Below, in pieces: positions 16,663 through 26,372 of a DNA stretch of 33,878 bases; positions within the stretch are counted from its first letter, which is position 1; the number at the start of each line of letters is the position of its first letter. The DNA comes from a virus (Duplodnaviria > Caudoviricetes), in the IMG/VR virus record IMGVR_UViG_3300017766_000205, positions 1 to 33,878 of that record; one strand, 5' to 3'. The notes under the pieces are model-generated. The model worked only from the letters and a program-made list of their open reading frames with translations, had not been told where the DNA came from and made no database searches. Position numbers and translations under genes: made by a program.

Positions 16663-18549
16663 TCACTTCGGCAGAGAGCTGAAGTCTACAACAGGTGGCT
16701 TACTGGCCCCACCAACAGATTCTACTGGCGTGTCGGAAGTTACACCAATCCTTGCGGGATCAATACTATTGTCCCTTGCCTTAGCAGCAAGCCTGCTTTC
16801 AATCTGTCTGATACGTGTGACGGTTTCAGGCTTTGGGCTGCCTATCATACGAAGCGCGGAGAGTGTTTCTAAATCTGTCTTAACGCCCGGTAAAGCTTCA
16901 AACTTCTTAAGGAGCTCCATGTCAAGACCGGGCTTTTTGTACTCAGCAAACTCTTTTGCGAGGTTTTGGAGTATTGCGGCGTCTTTCTTAGGGTCGTTTG
17001 TTTTTAGGCGATTAAACGTCTCCTCAACTATGTTGAACGGACGCCCCGCAGCGTTTGCCCGCGCATTGATCTGCGCCACTTCTTTTTGGATATCCTGACC
17101 GCGCATTTGCGCTTGCGACTGGACGTCCTGATTACGCATCTGGCCCAGCGTTTGAGCGCGTTGCAGATTGGCAGCGGAGGTGCTCTTCTGGTCTTCGCCG
17201 AACAATTTTCCGCTGGTGTCATAGCGTTTCGTGCCAGTCTCCAGATTGGTCTTGTTGATGGCGTTGATGGCGTTCAGCATCTCGCGCTGGTGGGCCATGT
17301 CGGCATTGAAAGTCTCTTGCGAGGCCCGCTCCCCAGCAGCGCCAGCGCCGCCATAACCTTGGCCAAAACCGCGAAGCACGGCACCCAACTCAGCGGAAGG
17401 ACGGCCAGCAGCATACTGAGCTTGGCGTTGCTTCATGGCAGCCAACAGGCCACGCTCTTCTTCGCCAAACGGTTTGTCCAGACCATACTGAGTCGCAAAT
17501 TTGCGCTCTTGCGCCATGGCCTCTTCAGGTGTCATAGCCTTGGCCGCGTTGCGGTTTGCATCCAGAGCCAAACGAGCAACTTCAGCTTGTGGATTTTCTG
17601 GGGTAGGCGTAGTGGCACCGGGCGCAGCGGCTGATGCGGGACGTGCGGCTTGCTGGCGTTGCTGTTGCTGCTGTTTCTGTTCAGCCAGCGCCTTGAGGTC
17701 TGCAATGGGCGCAGGAGGTGTAGGCCCAGCCTTGCGGACATAGGTCTGTTCATCCGGCTGCGGACTCGTCATTGGAGGCATCTCCGAAGCCGCGCTGGCT
17801 TTTGGACTGCTAATCGTGGGGGCCATCTGCCTGCGGCGCTCTAGCTCAGCTTCTTCACCAGCACCTAAATCACCGTGATACAAGCCGAATCCATATCCAG
17901 CTATACCTGCGGGATTCAAGCTACGGAATAAGTTACTTTTTGCTGCTTGCGCCGTGGGCGCGGCTGAAGGTGCGGCTGAAGGCGGTGTTGGAGCTGCTGC
18001 CTGAACTCCGGCACGCATCATGTCCCTAATTTCGTTCTGAACTTTAGGTGGCGCTTTTGTAAATTCTTCTGGGGTCAAGCCCATCTTTTTCAAAAATTCA
18101 ATTAGCTCAGCTTGTGGATGCACCCGCGCCCCACCCCCGTTGCTAAAAGCCACGATACCGCCGTGCTGGAAATCAAACCGCACAGGGGCACGGGCTAACC
18201 CGCCACTGGCTGCCATCATGGTAGGTTGGGGTTGCGCTTCGGGTTGTGGAACCCCGGCAGGGGCGGGCATGGGGCCGCGAGGCTGAGCCATCTGTTGCAT
18301 CATCTGCTGTTGCTGCATGGCTTGAGCGGCCATCAGGCCAGCCTTCTGCTCGACCTGCTCTTTGACGCTGGGCTGTGGGCCCTGCTGACCGCCTTGGGCG
18401 GTGGCCATCTGCTTTTGCGCAAGCTCGCGGCGCTGCAACTCCCCCAACGCCAAGTAGGGCGGAACCTCGGGGTTCATGCCATTGGCATACTGCTGGATCA
18501 CCTGCATTGGCAGGTCCTTCAGGCGTTCGTTTATTTGTACGAGGTTCAT
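16663..18549 (-). CDS. Putative internal virion/ejection protein (628 aa)
   Basis: Gln/Ala/Pro-rich; VPPYLALGELQRR near the N-terminus; AASGG, FQHGG and FSNGG motifs; RNQD/RGQD repeat; lies between other large virion genes. Confidence 0.7.
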   Translation of the reverse strand: MNLVQINERLKDLPMQVIQQYANGMNPEVPPYLALGELQRRELAQKQMATAQGGQQGPQPSVKEQVEQKAGLMAAQAMQQQQMMQQMAQPRGPMPAPAGVPQPEAQPQPTMMAASGGLARAPVRFDFQHGGIVAFSNGGGARVHPQAELIEFLKKMGLTPEEFTKAPPKVQNEIRDMMRAGVQAAAPTPPSAAPSAAPTAQAAKSNLFRSLNPAGIAGYGFGLYHGDLGAGEEAELERRRQMAPTISSPKASAASEMPPMTSPQPDEQTYVRKAGPTPPAPIADLKALAEQKQQQQQRQQAARPASAAAPGATTPTPENPQAEVARLALDANRNAAKAMTPEEAMAQERKFATQYGLDKPFGEEERGLLAAMKQRQAQYAAGRPSAELGAVLRGFGQGYGGAGAAGERASQETFNADMAHQREMLNAINAINKTNLETGTKRYDTSGKLFGEDQKSTSAANLQRAQTLGQMRNQDVQSQAQMRGQDIQKEVAQINARANAAGRPFNIVEETFNRLKTNDPKKDAAILQNLAKEFAEYKKPGLDMELLKKFEALPGVKTDLETLSALRMIGSPKPETVTRIRQIESRLAAKARDNSIDPARIGVTSDTPVESVGGASKPPVVDFSSLPK

Positions 18550-18558
18550 GTTTCGACC

Positions 18559-20490
18559 TTATTTGGCAGGAGTGGCAGGAGTAGCGGGGGCTTGGCCAAG
18601 ATTCGCTAGCTTGTCATACAGTCCCTGCAGGTCAGAAATCTGCCCGCCAATCCGGCCCAGCTCCGTTGTATTCGCGGTTGTGGCAGTGGTGGTGACGGGC
18701 AGGCCCTGCAACAAGTCTTTCTGGTACTGCGGCATCTTGTACGCAAAGTCGCGCTGCTCTTCAAACTGCGCCTTGTCTGCTGCAATGCCTTCGGAGGTGA
18801 TGCCACGCTGCTGAGCGCCGAGACCCGACAACTGGTCGAGAGACTTAAGGCCGAAGTTTGCACCGAACTGACGAGATGCCTCATCCGCTTCGCGCTCTTT
18901 GTTGAACTGGCCGAGACCCAAGTCATAGGCAGTCTTGTAGCCTTGACCCAGCACGTCTTGCTGCTTGTCCAGCAGGTTGCGACGACCCTCGGATTCCATA
19001 ATTGCCTGACGGCTTCCGCCAAACGCTCCGGCCTTGGTCAATCGACCTGCATCAGCCACACGCTGGATGTCGGACTGGCGTTGTAGTTCGCGCAACTGGG
19101 GGTCCAGTGAGGCTTGCAGGTACGGGTTCATGTACTGCTGAGCTTGTTGTGCCCCAAACCCGCCAGTGAACTGCCCCGGTGTATACCCAGCTTGAGCCAC
19201 CTCACTCATACCAGCAAAAGCCTGTTGCTGAAGGTCGGACGCGCCAGCCGTAAGGGGGCCTTGGTACGCTTGATAGGGCTGCTGCGCCAACGCTGCGCCT
19301 TGGCCCAAATAGTTGGTCACGTATTCGCCAGCCCATGGGGACAGTTGCGACGACGCAGAGGTGCCGAACCCTGCAGTGCTGGCTGCAGAGGGGGGAGTGG
19401 GTGTCGTTGCGGGCGCGGCAGTAACCAGATTGCCGGTGTTGAATTTCTGCACAGCGCCGCCGCCAGCATAACCGGCCAGACCGCCACCCGTGAACTCGTC
19501 AGGGTTGATTTCCTTGCCCTGCTCCTTGGTGCCGGTTCGCGCCTCGCGGATGCGGTCCATCATCTCATAGAGCTTTTTAGCGCCAGCATCAGAGTTACCG
19601 TTGCCCAGATGAGATACCACGTCAGCCGGAATGACAAACTCTCCGTGGCTGAGCGCCGCAGGTTGCTCACCATCAATGCTGCTTGGGATTTCATCAGCCA
19701 TGCCATCTGTTTTTCCTTGCAGGTATCGACCTGCATCTGCGAGACCGCCTTGTGCCATAGGAATTCCGCCTTGTGCGGTGAGTTGAGTGGGAATCTGCGG
19801 GAGCGCCGCAGGTTGTGCCGGGGCCTGCGCGGCAGGTCGGCTGTACGCCAAGTTCATCTTGCCAGCGTATGGGTTGGGGGCTGGGGCAGGACGGGGCTGG
19901 TAGGCAGCCAGTAGGCCCGCAGCTTGTTCTGCAGAAGCTGCCTTGGCACCGGCCGTGTCGCCCTGTGGGGCGAACCGAGTGTCTGTGAAGTACTGACGGC
20001 CAGCCTCACCGGGGCGGCGGTTGGGATCGTTGTATTGGACCTGCTCACGCACAGCCTCCAGCTTGGGCACTGGCTTGTTGTAGCCGCCTGTCTGGACTTG
20101 GTTTTTGCCAGCCAGCATGGCAAGTGCTGCTGCTGCAGTACCCATCCCGGCCATGTTGACTTTCCCGGTAGACGGATCGAACAGGTATTTCTTAAGGAAA
20201 TCTTTGGCTCCACTTCCTAGTGTCGCCACGGCAGATTTGGCAAAGTCCTCAAAACCAGTACCCTGATTTGCTGCAGCCGCTTGCGTCATAAAATCCATGA
20301 ACTCTTGGTCGCCAGCAGCGCCAGTCATGAAGTCGTTGAACTCTTGGTCGCCAATCGCCCCGTCGTAGTCATACCCGTAATTGTTTGGGTCATCATAGCC
20401 ATAGCCGCTGTCGCCATACCCGTAGTTCATTGGGTCATCAATGCTTGTCCCGTAGTACCGGGTGCCGATGTCTTCGTCTTCGTAAGCCAT
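18559..20490 (-). CDS. Putative DNA-ejection/pilot protein (643 aa)
   Basis: AAGGA SD; DGMADEIP..LSHGEFVIPADVV domain; YMNPY and GAFGGSRQAI motifs typical of podophage ejection proteins. Confidence 0.72.
   Translation of the reverse strand: MAYEDEDIGTRYYGTSIDDPMNYGYGDSGYGYDDPNNYGYDYDGAIGDQEFNDFMTGAAGDQEFMDFMTQAAAANQGTGFEDFAKSAVATLGSGAKDFLKKYLFDPSTGKVNMAGMGTAAAALAMLAGKNQVQTGGYNKPVPKLEAVREQVQYNDPNRRPGEAGRQYFTDTRFAPQGDTAGAKAASAEQAAGLLAAYQPRPAPAPNPYAGKMNLAYSRPAAQAPAQPAALPQIPTQLTAQGGIPMAQGGLADAGRYLQGKTDGMADEIPSSIDGEQPAALSHGEFVIPADVVSHLGNGNSDAGAKKLYEMMDRIREARTGTKEQGKEINPDEFTGGGLAGYAGGGAVQKFNTGNLVTAAPATTPTPPSAASTAGFGTSASSQLSPWAGEYVTNYLGQGAALAQQPYQAYQGPLTAGASDLQQQAFAGMSEVAQAGYTPGQFTGGFGAQQAQQYMNPYLQASLDPQLRELQRQSDIQRVADAGRLTKAGAFGGSRQAIMESEGRRNLLDKQQDVLGQGYKTAYDLGLGQFNKEREADEASRQFGANFGLKSLDQLSGLGAQQRGITSEGIAADKAQFEEQRDFAYKMPQYQKDLLQGLPVTTTATTANTTELGRIGGQISDLQGLYDKLANLGQAPATPATPAK
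20298..20353. repeat. In-frame duplication with 39-nt period (GDQEFxDFMT x2)
   Basis: TGAACTCTTGGTCGCCA at 20298-20314 and 20337-20353. Confidence 0.85.
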
Positions 20491-20501
20491 TTTGATTTCC
20501 T

Positions 20502-23500
20502 TTAGCGTAAGAGGTTCATCAGGTCGTCTACCGACATACCCTCCGCCAGCAGGTCATCAATGTACCCACCTGCGGCGATTTTAGTCGGCTGCGGCTGATT
20601 TTGCTGTGCTTTTTTGGCTTGAAAGCCGCTGAAGAACCCAGTGTTGAGCGCATCAGAGATGTCAAACCCGGGGCCAGCCTCGACCACTTGGGCCTGTTGC
20701 GGAGCCATTCCTGCAGCCTGCACGGCTTGGAGTTGGTCTATAACGGAGCGTACCCCCTGCTGGCTCTGGCCAATTGTTGCCTTGATGGCATTCTGGCGCT
20801 GAGCTTCTTTGGCTGCGGCTGCGGCTTGTGCTGCTTGGGCGGCACGCGCTTGTTCGGCAGCCTGCTCCCGGGCCAGTTGCGCCTTTAGGTCTGCCTGACG
20901 CTGGGCTTCGTTTGCAGCGATTTGCGACTGAACCCCACCAATCTGAGTACCAAACAGGGCTGACTGCGCGTCAATCGCAGTCTGCATGGCAGTCTTGTAG
21001 TCCATGCCCTGCTGCATAAGCTGAGCCGCAAAGTCTTTACCCTGCTGCGTGAGCTGCGTTCCAAGCCCGGCTACTTGCCCAGATACCCCGGCAATCGCGT
21101 CTTGCAGGTTCTGGCCTTGGGCAACCCTTGCGTCAGCCTCCGCCTTTTGCGCTGCTGTCAGGGCGTTGTATTGCTCGGTAGTTTTGGCTTCTAAACCTGC
21201 AATCTGGCCAGTGGTCGCCTTTTGTGCAGCAGCAATTGCCTCCTGCATCGTTTTGCCTTGAGCAACCAGCGCGTCGGCAGTGGCTTTCTGGGCTGCGCTC
21301 AAGGTGTTGTACTGGCTCGCCATCGCTGTGCTGAGGCCAGCGATCTGACTTTTCAGTGCAGTCTCTGTTGTGCCAAGCTTGGAGAGCAGGCTGGCAGCGT
21401 CGGTCTTCTGAACGGCAGCAACGTCACCAATTGCTTTTTGCAAAGCTGCGTCACGCGACAAACCGGCAGCCTCATTCTTGGCAACCTGAGCAAGGATGTC
21501 TTTTTCGGTCTGAGCGATTTCCGCTTGCACTCCACTGATTTGAGAGGCGAACTGAGTCTTGAGATTGGCTTCGGTAGTGCCCAACTGCCTCAGGACTTCC
21601 GCTTGGTTGACGCCCATCTTGGAGGACAGACTATTTAAACCAGCTTGAAGCGCAGCATCACCCTGAAGGCCAATGTCTTTTGCCGCTTGAATTTCTTTGG
21701 CAAGATCGCTCTGAACCTTCTCCAAGGCGGAGCTGGTAGCCAACCCCTTGGTAGCATCTGCGATGGCCTGCTTGGTGGCAGCGGACTGATTTGCCGCGCT
21801 TGCGTCAACGGCTTTCTGCACGTCGGCGGGCGTCAAGCCGGAAGCCTTCAATGCTTCGATGGCCTTCTTTAAATCAGCATCGCCAGTGGCAGCGCCCTTG
21901 CCAACAGCTTCGATAGCTTTGGTTAGGTCAGCCTTTGCTTTGTCCACGGCAGCCGTTACGTCGGCAGAAGATGCCCCGGTAGGCAGCTTGGAAAGCTCTG
22001 CGCCGACGATGGTCTTAACCTGCTCGGCGGTCAGGTTTGGCACTGTTGCAATTGCATCCGACACAATTTTCTGTACAGCTTCCGCAGTCAGACCGGGGTT
22101 AGCCTTTATTGCATCCCCAACAATCTTCTCCACTTGAGCGGGTGTTACGTTGGCAGTGGGTGGCGTGACTGGTGGCGTGACCGGGGGTGTCACGGGAGGC
22201 GTGACCGGGGGTGTCACGGGAGGCGTAACAGGGGGGGTCACTGGTGGCGTGACTGGTGGAGTTACGGGTGGTGTAACTGGAGGCGTCACGGGAGGCGTAA
22301 CTGGTGGAGTGACCACTGGAGGCTTTACAGCCGGAGGGGTAACCGGAGGAGTGACGGGCGGAGTTACAGGAGGTGTAACGGGAGGATTCACCGGAGGTTT
22401 TGTTTTGCCGTCTACCAGCACTCTTGCTCTTTCCAGCGCGTCTGCTTCGGTTATCTTTCCAGTCAGCGACAGTGCATCTTGGTCCGTAAAATTGGTGTAC
22501 CCCAAGTCACGCATCATCTGCCGAGCTTCTTCCACAGTGGTGGCCAGTGGGTCGTATTGCGCCTCCAGCGCTTTTAAGGTTGCCGCCTCGTCTTTTTGCC
22601 CAACAAAAGAATCAATCTCTTGCTTTGTTGGGTTGACGTAACCAATATCAATAAGCGCCTGCCGAACCTCATCCTCCGCAGCGACGCGGGGGTCCATATA
22701 TTTTTGGATTTCTGAAGCCAGCGCTGGGCTTTGCAACTCGGCTTTTCCTCCAGTCACAGCAGAGATGTCGGCGGCGGTGGCCTTGAATCCAGAGTCGGCA
22801 AACATTTTGCTTGCGGCCAAGTACTCCGCTGGCGTTGTTTCATCCAACCCTTGCCGCCGAATGGCGTCCCCACTGAGTGCGCCTTTTGCGTCTTTGCCAA
22901 GCACAAAAGCGGTAGAAACTGCGGACCCGCCAAGGCCACCCTTCAACCCGGCATCAATAAACCTGTCCAGATTTTGCTTCGTGAAGAAGTCTTTGTTTTC
23001 CGCAAGAAAAGATTCAGCCGCAGCACTGCTCATTTCTTGGAGAATTTCGGTTCCACCTTCTTTTACGAAAGCGCTTCCAGCCTCTTTGGCGGCATTTTTA
23101 TACCAAGCCCCAATCACCTGCTCGACAGGAATTTTCGACAAATTTAATCGGTCTACGATGGCTGACGGAAGAACGGAATCAAGCGCCGCATTAAACCCGC
23201 CAACGACGGTTGATATTGCCAAGTCCTTCAAATCCACCTTGCCGCTTTTTGCGTCATAGACGTTCTTGAAAACTTCAGGGACGTTCTGTGAGGCGCTTGC
23301 AGCCAAGATGGCTGGTGTCGTAAATTTCGCAGCCACCGCCAAACCGGCAGTGCTTGCAGCAGCTTGCGCCGCTGCAATTGCTTCAGCCCCAAAAACTCCT
23401 TTGGATGCTTGTACTGCCAATTCCTTTTTGATGGCTGCGTCCATTGCCGCTTTTGCCGAAGCGCGAGCAGCCACGCCAGCAGCCCCACCCATGAGCAAAG

Positions 23501-25724
23501 AAGGCGCAGTTGTCACCACACCCTCCATTACGGATTCCAAAACATAGGTGGCAGCACTGCTTAGGTCGTTGACGTTTTTGTACGACGCAACACGAGCAGG
23601 GTACTTTATGTTGATCTGCTTCATTGTGGCCTGAGCTTCGGCCATTTGCTTCTTGAAGTAATCTTCGTTCCCTACCGCCTTTGCGGCCATGGCTGGCAAG
23701 ACATCGGCAAGCAGTGAGGCAGTTTGGGAAGAGGACCGCATGATGCTGTCCGACGCAGCAGACAGGTAGTAATCTAAGCCCCGGCCAACGACGTTGCCGT
23801 TTTTGTCATATTTGAACTGGTCGGTTAAGCTTTTGATGAGCTCATCGTTTTCGTCATAAAGTTGGATAAGGCCCTTGTCCTTGTTCCACATAAGCGTGTA
23901 ACCGCTGTCATCTCTCGAGTGCTCCCATCCGGGGTCTTTTTTACCCGTAATGACAATTTCACCCAAATCATTTTCATACGCCCAGTCAATTGGCCTATTG
24001 TCTGCGGCGTCTTCAATGGTGAGCTTGCCCGAGCCAACAAAGCTAAGAGCTTTTTGTTTTTGGCTTTCGCTCAAAGTTGATACGGAGTCTTTTAGCTTGG
24101 TTGTTAGTTCGCCAGCCTTGGTTTCTGGCAACCCAATTATCTGCCGAAGTTGTTGTTCAGTGGCCGACTCTCCAAGGCCTGCGTCGTCCCATATATTTCT
24201 TGCCTCTGACTCTGATGTGTAGAGGCTGTCAACGTACTGCAATGGGTCGGCGGACGAGACAATTGCCTCCGCAGCACTTGGTGTCAGGCTGCCAAATAAG
24301 CGCGTGTATTCTTTTCCGGCACCCAGTAGCGCCTCGGCCTTTGCTTGGTTTGCTGTTACCTCGGCAGGGGTGTTGTTTGCTGGACGCTCTGGCGGTCTGC
24401 TGAACTCCGAACTCAAGTCGGAGTACAGGCCATCCCAGTAGCTCTTCTTGTTGGATGGCGCGGCGGGAGCCTGCGGAACATTTGTTGCGGCGGCGGGTAG
24501 TTTTCCGTTGTTGACCGCCTCTATCAACAATTGGCTTTGTGATTTTGGTGCGCGTGTTCCAAGACTTATCCCAAAAATTTTCCTTTCGGGTGGGTTCTCG
24601 GCACGCGAGACAGCATCGGCAATTGCAGACGCGCCTGCTGACGTGCTGATTCCTGCGGACGCGCCCCCCGAAACACCAACGCCAGAAGATGCAATTGAAG
24701 AAGAAATTGAGCTTGTTACGCTGTTGACGGCCTGCCCAATTTCACTTTGGTTTACCGAGTTGGCTATGCTGGCCGGGATGCCGCTAAGGTTTGCCATGGC
24801 CCCAAGCGCCATGCCCCCCAATGGCCCGACAGACATCGACTGAGCCGCAGCACCAACAACAGCCCCGGTAACGGAGTTTGCAACAGCCGCACCCAAATTA
24901 CCATTCATCGCTGCGGTTACTGAGGCAACACTCAAGCCGGTGGCTTGTGCAACCTGACCTATGGCCATACCCATTGCTGCCTGACCGATTTGGCCGTTGG
25001 CAATTGCGCTCACCGTATTGGCACTGATAGCCACACCAGTTGCATTCGACAGTGCAGTGCCAACGATAGACGCCGCCATTTGTCCAACAACAGATGAGAT
25101 CGAGTGCCCTTGGGCCATGGCGTTTGCAGCAGTGGCAATTGCGCCAACCACAGGACCTCCAATGGCCCCCATGATTTGTCCAATGTTGTTGTTCAGCCCA
25201 GAGTGAACCGCCATGGCCGCAAGAGCTTGGTTGACGGTTTGATTGGACGAAATATCTGCGTTCCCAAGACCATTTGCCGCCATAAGAGACAGCTCGGCCA
25301 TGGTCATGCCATTGGTGGCTACGTTGCTTCCCGTTGCGTTTGACTGCCCCATCATTGCGGCTTCGGCAGGAGAAATCCCAAGCTCGGACATCAAGTTGGC
25401 AAGTGCTGTTTGGGCGGGGTCTGTTGCTGGGGTGGAAAACCCAGAGTCGCCACTGATGCCCGGATCACCCGGCCCCGCAGGAGTCCCACCAGCACCCGGC
25501 GAAGCAGCCCCAACCTCACCAACACCAACACCGGGGGCTGAGTCTCCAGTTCCCGTTCCAGCCGCACCTGCTCCCGGAGCATCACCGGTGGCGGACGAGG
25601 CAGCGCCCGTTCCGCCGTCACCACCATCACCAACGCTGCCACCATCATCAAATTGCATGATTGGCTGGTCACGATCCTCAACAAGACCCTGTCTCTTCAG
25701 CATGTCTATAACTTCTGGCGTCAT
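20502..25724 (-). CDS. Large low-complexity putative internal virion protein (1740 aa)
   Basis: AAGGA SD; Gly/Ala-rich N-terminus with glycine-zipper-like hydrophobic helices; EGGTEILQE motif; PPVT tract; long Ala/Gln coiled coil. Confidence 0.75.
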   Translation of the reverse strand: MTPEVIDMLKRQGLVEDRDQPIMQFDDGGSVGDGGDGGTGAASSATGDAPGAGAAGTGTGDSAPGVGVGEVGAASPGAGGTPAGPGDPGISGDSGFSTPATDPAQTALANLMSELGISPAEAAMMGQSNATGSNVATNGMTMAELSLMAANGLGNADISSNQTVNQALAAMAVHSGLNNNIGQIMGAIGGPVVGAIATAANAMAQGHSISSVVGQMAASIVGTALSNATGVAISANTVSAIANGQIGQAAMGMAIGQVAQATGLSVASVTAAMNGNLGAAVANSVTGAVVGAAAQSMSVGPLGGMALGAMANLSGIPASIANSVNQSEIGQAVNSVTSSISSSIASSGVGVSGGASAGISTSAGASAIADAVSRAENPPERKIFGISLGTRAPKSQSQLLIEAVNNGKLPAAATNVPQAPAAPSNKKSYWDGLYSDLSSEFSRPPERPANNTPAEVTANQAKAEALLGAGKEYTRLFGSLTPSAAEAIVSSADPLQYVDSLYTSESEARNIWDDAGLGESATEQQLRQIIGLPETKAGELTTKLKDSVSTLSESQKQKALSFVGSGKLTIEDAADNRPIDWAYENDLGEIVITGKKDPGWEHSRDDSGYTLMWNKDKGLIQLYDENDELIKSLTDQFKYDKNGNVVGRGLDYYLSAASDSIMRSSSQTASLLADVLPAMAAKAVGNEDYFKKQMAEAQATMKQINIKYPARVASYKNVNDLSSAATYVLESVMEGVVTTAPSLLMGGAAGVAARASAKAAMDAAIKKELAVQASKGVFGAEAIAAAQAAASTAGLAVAAKFTTPAILAASASQNVPEVFKNVYDAKSGKVDLKDLAISTVVGGFNAALDSVLPSAIVDRLNLSKIPVEQVIGAWYKNAAKEAGSAFVKEGGTEILQEMSSAAAESFLAENKDFFTKQNLDRFIDAGLKGGLGGSAVSTAFVLGKDAKGALSGDAIRRQGLDETTPAEYLAASKMFADSGFKATAADISAVTGGKAELQSPALASEIQKYMDPRVAAEDEVRQALIDIGYVNPTKQEIDSFVGQKDEAATLKALEAQYDPLATTVEEARQMMRDLGYTNFTDQDALSLTGKITEADALERARVLVDGKTKPPVNPPVTPPVTPPVTPPVTPPAVKPPVVTPPVTPPVTPPVTPPVTPPVTPPVTPPVTPPVTPPVTPPVTPPVTPPVTPPTANVTPAQVEKIVGDAIKANPGLTAEAVQKIVSDAIATVPNLTAEQVKTIVGAELSKLPTGASSADVTAAVDKAKADLTKAIEAVGKGAATGDADLKKAIEALKASGLTPADVQKAVDASAANQSAATKQAIADATKGLATSSALEKVQSDLAKEIQAAKDIGLQGDAALQAGLNSLSSKMGVNQAEVLRQLGTTEANLKTQFASQISGVQAEIAQTEKDILAQVAKNEAAGLSRDAALQKAIGDVAAVQKTDAASLLSKLGTTETALKSQIAGLSTAMASQYNTLSAAQKATADALVAQGKTMQEAIAAAQKATTGQIAGLEAKTTEQYNALTAAQKAEADARVAQGQNLQDAIAGVSGQVAGLGTQLTQQGKDFAAQLMQQGMDYKTAMQTAIDAQSALFGTQIGGVQSQIAANEAQRQADLKAQLAREQAAEQARAAQAAQAAAAAKEAQRQNAIKATIGQSQQGVRSVIDQLQAVQAAGMAPQQAQVVEAGPGFDISDALNTGFFSGFQAKKAQQNQPQPTKIAAGGYIDDLLAEGMSVDDLMNLLR
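22159..22398. repeat. 12-nt codon-degenerate tandem repeat encoding (PPVT)n
   Basis: A 13-unit block and a 4-unit block plus variants; exact 24-nt duplication at 22174-22197 and 22198-22221. Confidence 0.95.
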
Positions 25725-25733
25725 GTTCTGTCC

Positions 25734-26372
25734 TTACGGGGCAATTGGGAGGATGTCGGGCAGCGGTGCGACGAAGTTTACCGTCATCACTGAGGACGGG
25801 ATACCCGGATGAGGGGCTGATGCGGTCTCGGCTGCAAGCTGCACCGTTGCGTCAGACGCAGACACCATCAACTCCAAGTACTGCCCCACCTGCATGTCGA
25901 TGTCAAACGAGTACGCGATGGGGGCATAAGTACCGTTGCCAGAAAGGCTGTACGCCCGGGTGGAGATTCCAATGTCCGTGCCGCTCCTGCGAATCCAAAG
26001 GAACACGTTCTTGGAGCTGTTGTTGGTGCTCTCAAGCTGGCCGGTGTACTGGAAGTTGTAGATGCCACCAATGGTGATCAGAATCCGGCTGGTGGTGCTC
26101 AAGCTGACCGCATTGTTCAAGTACGTCTGGTTGTACACCACGGGATACGCAGTGTTCGCCACAGGGATGGTCTGGTCTGCGGTGTTGAAGAACAGGCCGT
26201 TGGGGCAGTCCACGTACTGACCGCCGTTTACACCAATGATCGCGTTGAGCACATCCGACACGCGGCTGAAGTACAGACGCAGCACCTTGAGGAGCTGGTC
26301 GATGTACGTGGGCGTGTACGCAGGCACTGCGTAGGGCAGTGCTGGTGGTGGGACTTTTTGAAGGCGTGACAT
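25734..26372 (-). CDS. Putative structural protein with C-terminal jelly-roll (C1q/BclA-like) domain
   Basis: N-terminal PALP..P..Y....DQLLKVLRLYF helix followed by a beta-rich GIYNFQYTGQL domain; directly follows the tail tube gene. Confidence 0.6.
   Translation of the reverse strand: MSRLQKVPPPALPYAVPAYTPTYIDQLLKVLRLYFSRVSDVLNAIIGVNGGQYVDCPNGLFFNTADQTIPVANTAYPVVYNQTYLNNAVSLSTTSRILITIGGIYNFQYTGQLESTNNSSKNVFLWIRRSGTDIGISTRAYSLSGNGTYAPIAYSFDIDMQVGQYLELMVSASDATVQLAAETASAPHPGIPSSVMTVNFVAPLPDILPIAP

Noticed and set aside
22159-22398. Possible CRISPR or other spacer array
   Set aside because: 12-nt degenerate coding repeat with no unique spacers.
22150-22641. + strand ORF encoding (GGVT)n
   Set aside because: It is the reverse complement of the PPVT tract, with no independent start signal.
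20502-25724. Tape measure protein call for the 1740-aa gene
   Set aside because: No major tail protein or tail-chaperone frameshift genes nearby; the neighbours look like podovirus nozzle and ejection genes. Not fully excluded.
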